Of a stretch of DNA of 64,000 bases, positions 28,804 through 45,252 are shown piece by piece. This DNA is from an uncultured Actinomycetes bacterium (GTDB taxonomy: Bacteria > Actinomycetota > Thermoleophilia > Gaiellales > F1-60-MAGs149). Positions within the stretch are counted from its first letter, which is position 1, and each line of letters begins with the position of its first letter. The stretch spans positions 1,179,458 to 1,243,457 of the forward strand of contig CAVZZG010000001.1 of NCBI GenBank assembly GCA_963779685.1, written 5' to 3'. Both the position numbers and the translations under genes were made by a program. The notes under the pieces are model-generated. The model worked only from the letters and a program-made list of their open reading frames with translations, made no database searches and had not been told where the DNA came from.

Positions 28804-29193
28804 ATGGCATTCGATGCCGACAAGATGGTTGAGGAGCTGTCCAAGATCAGCGTGCTCGAGCTGGTCTCGCTGAAGGAGGCCCTCGAGGAGAAGTGGGGCG
28901 TCTCGGCCGCTGCCGCGACCGTTGCCGTGGCCGCCCCCGCCGCCGCCGGCGGCGGCGGTGCCGAGGAGGTCGCCGAGGAGAAGTCGACCTTCGACGTCTT
29001 CGTGACCGAGGCCGGATCTTCGAAGATCCAGGTCATCAAGGTGATCCGCGCCGCCACCGGCCTGGGCCTCAAGGAGGCCAAGGACGTCGCCGACGCCGCC
29101 CCGGCCGCCGTCAAGGAGGGCATCTCCAAGGACGAGGCCGAGGCGCTCAAGAAGGAACTCGAGGAAGCCGGCGCCACCGTCGAGCTGAGGTAG
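28804..29193 (+). CDS. rplL: 50S ribosomal protein L7/L12
   Basis: N-terminal dimerisation helix, Ala/Gly hinge, C-terminal [27 protein letters not shown]...[11 protein letters not shown]. Confidence 0.97.
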   Translation: MAFDADKMVEELSKISVLELVSLKEALEEKWGVSAAAATVAVAAPAAAGGGGAEEVAEEKSTFDVFVTEAGSSKIQVIKVIRAATGLGLKEAKDVADAAPAAVKEGISKDEAEALKKELEEAGATVELR

Positions 29194-29200
29194 GCCCGAG

Positions 29201-29231
29201 GGCGGCCGGGGGACGTGGTCCCCCGGCCGCC
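29201..29231 (+). terminator. Stem-loop terminator after rplL
   Basis: GGCGGCCGGGGGAC-gtg-GTCCCCCGGCCGCC: 14-bp perfect stem, 8 nt after the stop codon, followed by TCCTTC. Confidence 0.6.
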
Positions 29232-29253
29232 TCCTTCACGTACGCTGCCGGCC

Positions 29254-29550
29254 ATGGCCCGCCGATCGCAGCTCCGCATCTACACGCTCGACCCCGCCAC
29301 CGCCGACGAGTTCGTCACCCGCTTCCACGAGGTCCTCGTCCCGCTCCGCATCAGCGCGGGCTTCACGGTGGACGGTGCCTGGCTCGCCGAGGACCGCACC
29401 CGGTTCACCTGGGTCACCTCACACGACTGCCCGGACGGCTGGGAGGCCGCCGAGGCGGCCTACTACGCGTCGCCCGAGCGCCAGAACATCGGCTTCGATC
29501 CGCGCGACTACATCAAGGCGATGGATCTGAGCATGGTGGTCGGGCGCTAG
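29254..29550 (+). CDS. NIPSNAP-like / dimeric alpha-beta-barrel family protein
   Basis: 98 aa. LRIYTLDPATADEFVTRFHEVLVPLRISAGFTVDGAW...FTWVTSH resembles the NIPSNAP fold pattern. Start moved to ATG 29254 because 29215-29231 is the terminator stem. Confidence 0.5.
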   Translation: MARRSQLRIYTLDPATADEFVTRFHEVLVPLRISAGFTVDGAWLAEDRTRFTWVTSHDCPDGWEAAEAAYYASPERQNIGFDPRDYIKAMDLSMVVGR

Positions 29551-29566
29551 CCCGGCCGACGATTCG

Positions 29567-29953
29567 TTACGGCGCGACCACCTGCGCGACCCGGCGGGCG
29601 CGGGTCGCCAACTCGGCATCGAGGGTGACGAGCGGGCAGCCGAGCAGGCGGGCGAGGGCGACGTACTCGGCGGCCTGGGTGCGGACGAGGCCGAGCCGGT
29701 CGGCGATGTCCCAGGACTCCGCGCCGAGGTCGGGGTGGGGTTGCTCGGCGACCGGTGCGCGGTCGACGGCGCGGCGCATGCGACGGGCCTCGGCGGCGGT
29801 CAGCTCGCCGCGGCGAGCCATCTCGTGGAGGACGCTGCGGGCCTCCGACCACATGAGCGGCGGCGCGACCAGGTCGGGGTCGTCGAACACGGCGAAGCCG
29901 TTCTGCTCGGCGGCGCACGCGGCGAGCACGACGGTGGGGTCGACGACCAGCAT
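29567..29953 (-). CDS. PIN-domain (VapC-like) toxin
   Basis: 128 aa. MLVVDPTVVL (first acidic residue) and C-terminal LVTLDAELA are consistent with the PIN acidic residue set. ATG shares 1 nt with the upstream stop (TGATG). Confidence 0.65.
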   Translation of the reverse strand: MLVVDPTVVLAACAAEQNGFAVFDDPDLVAPPLMWSEARSVLHEMARRGELTAAEARRMRRAVDRAPVAEQPHPDLGAESWDIADRLGLVRTQAAEYVALARLLGCPLVTLDAELATRARRVAQVVAP

Positions 29954-30186
29954 CAGCGCGCCCGCCGCACGCGCGCCACCCAGTCGTGCTCCTGGCGGAG
30001 CCACGAGCGGTGCCACGGTTGCGGCAGGTCGAAGGTCGCCGGTCGGGTCAGGGCCTCGAGTTCCTCCCGGTCGATGAGCAGCCGGGGGCCGTCGCGGCGG
30101 GCCTGCAGACGCCCCAGCCGCACCCACCGGCGGATCGTTTCATCCCCACATCCCGCCAGCGCGGCGGCCTCGGAAGTCGTGAGCAC
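29953..30186 (-). CDS. Excisionase/MerR-type HTH (HTH_17-like) antitoxin candidate
   Basis: 77 aa. LTTSEAAALAGCGDETIRRWVRLGRLQA is a helix-turn-helix. Lies immediately upstream of, and coupled to, the PIN gene. Confidence 0.6.
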   Translation of the reverse strand: MLTTSEAAALAGCGDETIRRWVRLGRLQARRDGPRLLIDREELEALTRPATFDLPQPWHRSWLRQEHDWVARVRRAR

Positions 30187-30434
30187 GAGCCAATACTACA
30201 CCTTTGCGGCGATCTTTTCCCCAAGGGGGTTGCCGTTTCCCACCAGGGGGTGCTAGGTTTGTCGCGGACAACGGAGCGCCTCTCGGGGTACTCCTACGGA
30301 TGCTTTCCCTGCACCTGGCTGCAGCCTTCCGATGCTGCCTGCCGGTTATCGTGCTAAGCTTCGTGGCTGCCGCGCCCCTCACGTTGGGGCGCAGCCTGCC
30401 CGCCGCCACTCCGTGTCCGTGAGGGAGGGAGCAC

Positions 30435-34121
<3,687 letters not shown>

Positions 34122-34166
34122 CCCTCACGGGCCCCCCATCGATCTCCACCTCGACTGGAGCAGACG

Positions 34167-39110
<4,944 letters not shown>

Positions 39111-39135
39111 CGCCATCTCACATGGGGCAAGACCT

Positions 39136-39163
39136 CGGAGGGCCGCTGCAAAGCGGCCCTCCG
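39136..39163 (+). terminator. Stem-loop terminator after rpoC
   Basis: CGGAGGGCCGC-tgcaaa-GCGGCCCTCCG: 11-bp perfect stem, 25 nt after the stop codon. Confidence 0.6.
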
Positions 39164-39292
39164 TCGTATCGGGAGTCACGTAGCCAGGCCGAAAACCTCG
39201 GTCAACGTGGTGCAGCTTTGATCTTGCACTGCGGCTGGCCGGGCAGAGACGATGTCCACCTTCCCAGCCCGCCCAGCGTCCGGAGGCATCTC

Positions 39293-39373
39293 ATGCGCAA
39301 GGCCAAGCTCGCAACGCTCGCGTCGACCCTCGTCGGCATCGCCGCAATCGCCGGCCAGTCCCGTCCCTGGTAG
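39293..39373 (+). CDS. Small ORF (26 aa, signal-peptide-like: MRKAKLATLASTLVGIAAIAGQSRPW)
   Basis: ATG preceded by GGAGG with a 6-nt spacing. Basic N-terminus plus a hydrophobic stretch. No mature domain follows. Confidence 0.3.
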   Translation: MRKAKLATLASTLVGIAAIAGQSRPW

Positions 39374-39424
39374 GTACTAAGCCGCGAAGTTCACGGTGCT
39401 CGTCCGCAAAATGCGGCCGAGGAC

Positions 39425-39453
39425 TTGCATCTTCCCGTAGTTTTCTCTATCTT
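39425..39453 (+). promoter_or_regulatory. Candidate sigma-70-type promoter of the HD-GYP gene
   Basis: TTGCAT-17 nt-TATCTT in a locally AT-richer stretch, about 40 nt upstream of the TTG start at 39495. Confidence 0.35.
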
Positions 39454-39494
39454 CCCTGATCTGCCCGCCCCCGGGTGGACTAGGGAGGTCTGTC

Positions 39495-40871
39495 TTGGCT
39501 GCAGTACGAGCCGCCCGCACCACGCGGGTGCTGGACGTGTCCACGATCGTCCTGACGGCTGCGTTCGTCGTTGCTGGCCTGGTTGCGTGTGGCGTCGCGT
39601 TCGGTCACGCCGCCGCCTTCAGGCCCGTTCCGGTTGCCGTGCTCGTGGGTGCCATCCTGGCGGCTGAAGCCTTCCGCTCCAACGTCACGCCGCGGCTCGA
39701 GGTGTCGTCCGCCTCGGTCCTGATCACCCTCGCGGCGGCGCTGTTCGGGCCGCTCGGCGGGCTCGTGGTGGGCGCTTCGGGTGCGCTCCTCGATCTGCGC
39801 GGCCCCCGGGCCCGCTGGCTCACGTACTCGTGCATGTACGCGGTGGAGGGCGTGGTCGGCGGGATGCTCGCCTCGACCGTGCAGGGCACCGGCCCCGCCG
39901 CTGCGGCCCGGTCGACGATCCTGGCCGCGTTCGGTGTCTACGGCACCTCGCTGGTCGCCGGTGGCGTCATCGTGCTGGCGCGGCGCATCACGCCGCTGCA
40001 CGACCATCTCCGGCTGCACGCCCTCGTCACCGGCGCGGGCGTCGTGCTGGCGATGCCGATCGTCTTCGGCCTGGCCTTCGGCTACCGCACGGCCGGGCTC
40101 CCCGTGATGTTGCTCGTGCTGGTTCCGACCCTGGTCTGCCACTGCCTCCTGAGGCTCTACCGCGAGCGTGAGCAACTCGCGCTGTCCCTGAGCGAGGGCA
40201 ACATGACCTTCGCGCTCTCGCTCGTGCGCGCCCTCGACGCTCGCGACGAGCACACCGCCGGCCATTCCGCTGCGGTCGCCGTCTACGCCCGGGACGTGGC
40301 GCGGTTGAAGGGCCTGCCCGACGCCGAGGTCGCGAAGATCCAGCTCGCCGCGCTGCTGCACGACATCGGCAAGATCGGTCTCACCAACGACGTGCTGTTC
40401 AAGCAGGGGTCGCTCACCGAGGCGGAGTGGGAGCACGTCCGCCGCCATCCGGAGGTGGGCGCGCAGATCGCCGGCGAGGCGCCCGTCTTCGCGGAGATCG
40501 CCCGTTACATCCTTCACCACCACGAGCGCCCCGACGGCCTCGGCTACCCGCACGGGCTGGAGGGCGACCGGATCCCGCTCGCCTCGTCGATCATCAGCGT
40601 CGCGGACGCCTACAACGCCATGACCTCCACGCGGCCCTACCGCACGGCCATGGCGCCCGAGGAAGCGGTGCGCGAGCTGCGCGCCGGATCGGGCGGCCAG
40701 TTCGACCCGCACGTCGTCGAGCTCTTCGTCCGCGTCCTCGAGGGCCACGACGTCGCCTACCAGCTCGGCCAGGGCGCGCTCTTCTCACTCGACGGCCAGC
40801 GCACGGCCATCCTCGCCGACCTGGGCGCCCGCCGCGCCCTCCTCCCCGAGCCCGCCACCGCCGCCGCGTAG
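39495..40871 (+). CDS. Membrane-anchored HD-GYP domain phosphodiesterase (c-di-GMP turnover candidate)
   Basis: TTG start behind GGGAGG. About 200-aa multi-TM N-terminus. HD-GYP core AGHSAAVAVY...LLHDIGKIG...HHHERPDGLGYP. Confidence 0.8.
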   Translation: MAAVRAARTTRVLDVSTIVLTAAFVVAGLVACGVAFGHAAAFRPVPVAVLVGAILAAEAFRSNVTPRLEVSSASVLITLAAALFGPLGGLVVGASGALLDLRGPRARWLTYSCMYAVEGVVGGMLASTVQGTGPAAAARSTILAAFGVYGTSLVAGGVIVLARRITPLHDHLRLHALVTGAGVVLAMPIVFGLAFGYRTAGLPVMLLVLVPTLVCHCLLRLYREREQLALSLSEGNMTFALSLVRALDARDEHTAGHSAAVAVYARDVARLKGLPDAEVAKIQLAALLHDIGKIGLTNDVLFKQGSLTEAEWEHVRRHPEVGAQIAGEAPVFAEIARYILHHHERPDGLGYPHGLEGDRIPLASSIISVADAYNAMTSTRPYRTAMAPEEAVRELRAGSGGQFDPHVVELFVRVLEGHDVAYQLGQGALFSLDGQRTAILADLGARRALLPEPATAAA

Positions 40872-40909
40872 CGCGCTGCGCGTCCCCGCGCGCACTCCGC
40901 GCGTCGTTC

Positions 40910-41166
40910 GTGACGGGGACAGTCCCCGCACCGGCGCCCGGCGGGGACAGCCCCCGTCACGGATTCCGCACGATCGCGCGATTCGCGCCGACTGGCATGG
41001 CGCCGGAGCGGCCACGCGCGAGTTCGGCGACGGATCGGCCGGCGCGGTCCGTGACGACTCCACCGTTCCGCGCGAGGGCGTCGCGTTGCCGTGAGTCGTG
41101 GCGTCTCGCTCGTGCAGCGTGACGGGGACTGACCCTCGAAACGCGGCGTGCGGGGACTGTCCCCGT
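40910..41166. repeat. Palindromic repeat array: 19-nt perfect inverted repeat plus two degenerate copies bracketing a non-coding spacer
   Basis: ACGGGGACAGTCCCCGCAC at 40913-40931 and its exact reverse complement at 41148-41166. Degenerate copies at 40941-40960 (GCGGGGACAGCCCCCGTCAC) and 41119-41135 (GTGACGGGGACTGACCC). Confidence 0.7.
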
Positions 41167-41219
41167 TGAGGTCGGCCTACCACGGGGTCGGGGCGCCTTC
41201 CTCACGTAGGCTTCCGACC

Positions 41220-42152
41220 ATGTCCGGCCGGGTGGTGTTGCTCGATCCGTGGGGTGAGGCTGCCGAGGTCGAGGCGGCCGTCGCCGGGCTGGACGTCCGC
41301 GTCGAGCACCTCACGGCGGTCCCGGCCGGCGCTGACGTGGTGGGGATCGTGGCCGGGCCCGACCACCAGATCGGCCCGGCCGAGCTCGTGGGCCTGCCGA
41401 GGCTGCGTGTGGTGGCCGCACCGTCGACCGGGTTCGACCACCTCGACCTCGACGCGCTCGCGGCCGCCGGGGTGTGGGCAACCCACGTGGCGGGCTACTG
41501 CGACGACGAGGTCGCCGACCACGCCATCGCGATGGCGATCGACCTTCTCCGGGGCGTCACCCTGCTGGACGCCGACGTGCGCCGCGGCGGCTGGGACTTC
41601 ACCGTCGCCTTCCCGCGCCGGATCGGCGGCTCGGCGCTCGGCGTCGTCGGGCTCGGCCGCATCGGCCGCGCCGTCGCCGAGCGCGGGCTCGCCCTCGGTA
41701 TGCGCGTGCTGGCGCACGACCCGTTCGGCCAGCCGATGGACGGCGTCGCACTGCTGCCGCGCCTGCACGACCTGCTCGCAGCCTCGGACGTCGTCACGTT
41801 GCACGCGCTGCTGACCGAGGAGACGCGTGGGCTGATCGACGCGGCGTCCCTCGCCGCGATGCCCCGAGGCTCGTTCCTCGTCAACTGCGGCCGGGCGGGC
41901 CTCGTCGACCACGACGCCCTCGGCGAAGCCCTGCGCTCCGGCCATCTCGGCGGGTGCGCGCTGGACGTGCTCCCGGCCGAGCCCCCGGGCCCGGGCGAGC
42001 CCGCGCTGGCCTGGCCGCGGACGATCATCAACCCACACGCGGCGTTCGCGTCGCCGGCCTCGGTGCGGCTGCCGTACATCCGTGCCGCCGAGGCCGTGGC
42101 GGCGGTCCTGCGGGGCTCGGAACCCGCCGGCGCGATAGCAAGGCCGGGATGA
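41220..42152 (+). CDS. D-isomer-specific 2-hydroxyacid dehydrogenase family protein
   Basis: NAD-binding GVVGLGRIGRAVAERG, plus HALLTEETRGLI and LVNCGRAGLVD blocks. Start is ATG 41220 (MSGRVVLLDP). Confidence 0.8.
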   Translation: MSGRVVLLDPWGEAAEVEAAVAGLDVRVEHLTAVPAGADVVGIVAGPDHQIGPAELVGLPRLRVVAAPSTGFDHLDLDALAAAGVWATHVAGYCDDEVADHAIAMAIDLLRGVTLLDADVRRGGWDFTVAFPRRIGGSALGVVGLGRIGRAVAERGLALGMRVLAHDPFGQPMDGVALLPRLHDLLAASDVVTLHALLTEETRGLIDAASLAAMPRGSFLVNCGRAGLVDHDALGEALRSGHLGGCALDVLPAEPPGPGEPALAWPRTIINPHAAFASPASVRLPYIRAAEAVAAVLRGSEPAGAIARPG

Positions 42153-42982
42153 CGAAGGTCGTCGTCGTCGGCGGCGGCATCACCGGCCTGTGCGCGGCAG
42201 CAGCCTGCGCGACGGCCGGGCTCGAGGTCACGGTGTTCGAGGCGGGCTGCTTCGGCGATGGGTTCGCACCACTGACGCCGATCGCACCGCCCGCCGAGGA
42301 GCACCTCCACGTCTGGCGCATGTCGGGCCACGCGTTCCACCTCGACCGCGAGCCCGTGGACCTGATCGCCGACGGCGAGGTCGTCGCGCAACGGCACGTC
42401 GCCGACCCGCGGGGGCTGGTCGGAGCCTGGGCCGCGGAGTGCCGTCGTCGCGGCGTGACCCTCCACACGGCTACCCCGGTGCTCGGCCTCGTCCGGTTCG
42501 GGGGGAAGGTGAGCGGCGTCGAGACGCACCTTGCATCGGTCGCCGCCGACGAGGTCGTGCTCGCCGCCGGGCTCTCGACTCCGCGCTTCCTGGCGGGCAC
42601 GCCGGGCGACGTCGTGCTGGCCGTCGAGCAGCGCGCGCACCTTCTGATCGGCCCGGCCGCCGATCCACTGCCCGGCATCGTCGAGGTGCCCGGCGTGCTG
42701 CGGCTGATGCAGGACCCGATCCGGCGACTGGTCGTCGAGGCGCTGGGCCCAGGTGACCTGCTCTCAGCGCTGGGGGCACGCTTCGCCGACCTCGCGGCGC
42801 TGCCGGTGCTCGACGCCGGCGTCTCGCGCCTCACGCTTCCGCCCGACGGGCAGCCGATCATCCGACGCCCGTCGTGGATCACCGGCGTCACGCTGCTCTG
42901 CGCCGGCGGGCACCCGTTCGACGCCGCTCCGAGGCTCGCCGCAACCCTCGCCGCCGGGCTCGCGACCGGCGCCTGGGACTAG
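42149..42982 (+). CDS. FAD-dependent oxidoreductase (short DAO-like)
   Basis: MTKVVVVGGGITGLCAAAA dinucleotide-binding motif. ATGA overlap with the upstream dehydrogenase. At 277 aa it is shorter than typical DAO-family enzymes. Confidence 0.6.
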   Translation: MTKVVVVGGGITGLCAAAACATAGLEVTVFEAGCFGDGFAPLTPIAPPAEEHLHVWRMSGHAFHLDREPVDLIADGEVVAQRHVADPRGLVGAWAAECRRRGVTLHTATPVLGLVRFGGKVSGVETHLASVAADEVVLAAGLSTPRFLAGTPGDVVLAVEQRAHLLIGPAADPLPGIVEVPGVLRLMQDPIRRLVVEALGPGDLLSALGARFADLAALPVLDAGVSRLTLPPDGQPIIRRPSWITGVTLLCAGGHPFDAAPRLAATLAAGLATGAWD

Positions 42983-43215
42983 GGCTTCTTCTTGCCTGCG
43001 ATCATCGCCGCGTGCTCCGCGGTGCAGCTGCAGACGACGCTGGGATCGTTGCGGAGGATCGCAGCGAGGTAGCGCTTGCGGTAGGCGAGCTGCTGGGCCG
43101 TTGGCGCCCTCGGCGCCACGTGTGCGGACGCGGTGTCGCTGCCGCGCGAGGCAAGGGCGATCCCCGCGCCGATCGCGAGCGTGACCAGCACGACGACGAC
43201 CGCGATGCGGATCAT
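42979..43215 (-). CDS. Small membrane-anchored hypothetical protein
   Basis: MIRIAVVVVLVTLAIGAGIAL TM helix. ATGA overlap with the stop of the upstream permease gene. Confidence 0.45.
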   Translation of the reverse strand: MIRIAVVVVLVTLAIGAGIALASRGSDTASAHVAPRAPTAQQLAYRKRYLAAILRNDPSVVCSCTAEHAAMIAGKKKP

Positions 43216-44049
43216 GTCAGCACCCCGAGCCGGCGCTCGCCCCGGCGCCGCAGCACCTCGGCCAGGAACGCGATGCCGAACGACAGCATGATCATCACCG
43301 ACGCCACCGGGATCAGGGTAGCGACCGTGTCCGCTCGCCGGAGCCCGTCGAACAGGTACACCGGGTAGGTCTTCTCGTCGGACGAGAGCAGGAACACCGC
43401 GACGACCACCTCGTCCACCGACACGATGAACGAGATCAGGAAGGCCGCCAGCATCGAGGGCACGATCAGCGGGCAGGATGATGAGCCGGAACGTCTGCGG
43501 GCCCGATGCTCCGAGGTCGTGGGCAGCCTCCTCCAGGCGGCGGTCGATGGCACTGATGCGAGGCAGGATCAGCAGCACCGTGTAGGGCAGCGCCAACACC
43601 ACGTGGCCGATCCCGACGGCGCCCAGGCCCAGCGGGATGGGCAGCGGGCCCTGCTTCAGCAGCAGCAGGATGGCGATGCCGAGCGCGATCGTCGGTACCA
43701 CCAGCGGCACCAGGATGAGCGCGGAGATGGCCGCCTTCATGCGGATGCTGCGACGGGCGAGGGCGTAGGACGCGGCGAGTCCGAGCAGCGTTGCGACCAC
43801 GCCGACGGCCGTTGCCACCTTCAGGCTGTTCTCGACCGCACTGACGATGTCGGGGTTGTTGAACGCGCTCCGGTAGAACCGGGTCGTGAATCCGGCCAGC
43901 GGGAACGTCTGCGTGATCGAGTTGTTGAACGAGAAGACCACCAGCAGGGCGGTGGGCAGGTACAGCACTACGAGGAACGCGACGAAGTAGACGCGCAGCG
44001 CCAGCCTCAGCGTGCGCGAGACCGCCACGTCCCCGCGGGACGCCCTCAT
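43212..44049 (-). pseudogene. ABC transporter permease (PotC-like) with apparent 1-nt frameshift near 43470-43472
   Basis: One frame gives MRASRGD...EAAHDLGASGPQTFRLIILP. The continuation LIVPSMLAAFLISFIVSVDE...(stop 43212) is in the next frame. Total length 838 nt is not a multiple of 3. The junction is at a GGG/CCC run. Confidence 0.7.
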
Positions 44050-45200
44050 GCCGTCCCTCCCCCGGCACGCAGGAACCGGGAGGTCGTTCCGGTCAGGATC
44101 AGCACCACCAGCACCAGGAACAGGGCGAGAGCCGATCCGGTCTGCCAGTCGAGCCCGGCTCCGACGAACTGGCCGACGATGGCGTTGCCGAACATGTAGC
44201 CCTTGGTGCCGCCGACGAGGGCCGGGGTGACGTACTCCCCGATCGAGGGGATGAAGACGAACAGGAACGCGGCGGCGAGGCCTGGTGCGGCCAGCGGGAT
44301 CGTGATCCGGAAGAAGGCCGTGATGCGGCTGGCGCCGAGGTCGGTGGCCGCCTCGAGCAGGCGCCGGTCGATGTTCTCGAGTGCGATGTAGATCGGCAGG
44401 CAGATGAACGGCACCCAGGCGTAGGTCAGGACGACCATCACGGTGAACGGCGTGTAGAGGAGCCACGTGAGCGGCTTGTCGATGATGTGGAGGTCCTTCA
44501 GCACGGTGTTGACCAGGCCCTGATCGCCGAGCACCACCGTCCACGCGAACACGCGCAAGAGGTAGCTGGTGAGGAACGGCGTGATGACGATCAGGATCCA
44601 TGTGTACTTGGCCTTCTTGAGCACGAACGCCAGGTAGTAGGCGACCGGGAACGCGAAGAAGACGGCGAACAGCGACGAGGTCATCGCCATGCTGATCGAT
44701 TTGAAGAACAGCCGCGGGTAGACGGCGTCGGAGCGGATCTCGACGATCCGCAGCAGGTTCTCACCCCAGGGGATCGACGCGAAGGGCAGGATCAGGATCA
44801 CCGCGCAGATCCCGGCCACGAGCCCGCCATGGTGCGGGATCAGCCGCGCTGCGAGCAGGACGCCGGAGAGCAGGAGCCCGAGGAGCAAGAAGGCGAGCCA
44901 CATCGGCATTGCCACGCTCGCGCCCCCTGCGGCGCGAAGCTCCACCTCGTTGTTCAGAAAGGTCGTCCAGAACCGGGTCGTGAAGCTCGATGCCTCGCCG
45001 GTGAGGACGGCCAGCGCCGGCGTCTTGGCCAGCGTCCTGAGGCCGACCGAGTAGAGGAACACGTAGTAGAGCGGCGCCAGCAGGAAGACGAGCAGGACGA
45101 CGATGGCCGGCCCGACCAGAAGGGTCGAGGAGAACCACGTGCTGCGCGAGCGCGGCTCGCGTAGTACCTGCACGGAGGATGTCGTCGGCGGCGTGGACAT
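44046..45200 (-). CDS. ABC transporter permease (PotB-like)
   Basis: Polytopic protein with the EAA-loop block LLEAATDLGASRITAFFRITIPLAAPG. Confidence 0.8.
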   Translation of the reverse strand: MSTPPTTSSVQVLREPRSRSTWFSSTLLVGPAIVVLLVFLLAPLYYVFLYSVGLRTLAKTPALAVLTGEASSFTTRFWTTFLNNEVELRAAGGASVAMPMWLAFLLLGLLLSGVLLAARLIPHHGGLVAGICAVILILPFASIPWGENLLRIVEIRSDAVYPRLFFKSISMAMTSSLFAVFFAFPVAYYLAFVLKKAKYTWILIVITPFLTSYLLRVFAWTVVLGDQGLVNTVLKDLHIIDKPLTWLLYTPFTVMVVLTYAWVPFICLPIYIALENIDRRLLEAATDLGASRITAFFRITIPLAAPGLAAAFLFVFIPSIGEYVTPALVGGTKGYMFGNAIVGQFVGAGLDWQTGSALALFLVLVVLILTGTTSRFLRAGGGTA

Positions 45201-45215
45201 GGTCAGCCCGCGTGG

Positions 45216-45246
45216 TGGTGGGCGGGCGCGCCGCGCCCGCCCACCA
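45216..45246 (-). terminator. Intercistronic perfect stem-loop after the binding-protein gene
   Basis: TGGTGGGCGGGCGC-gcc-GCGCCCGCCCACCA: 14-bp stem in the 52-nt spacer between the binding-protein stop (45253) and the permease start (45200). Confidence 0.45.
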
Positions 45247-45252
45247 GTGCGA

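Noticed and set aside
29215-29253. Upstream start (ATG 29215) for the NIPSNAP-like ORF
   Set aside because: These codons coincide with the loop and descending arm of the rplL terminator hairpin and encode a Pro/Arg-rich peptide. The ATG at 29254 gives a domain-sized protein.
40785-41205. Minus-strand ORFs of 132 aa and 82 aa, and the N-terminal 24 codons of ORF 41148.., inside the palindromic spacer
   Set aside because: GC3 is lower than in real genes here, composition is Arg/Ser/Pro-rich, and there is no SD or motifs. The dehydrogenase clearly starts at MSGRVVLLDP (41220). The region is treated as non-coding.
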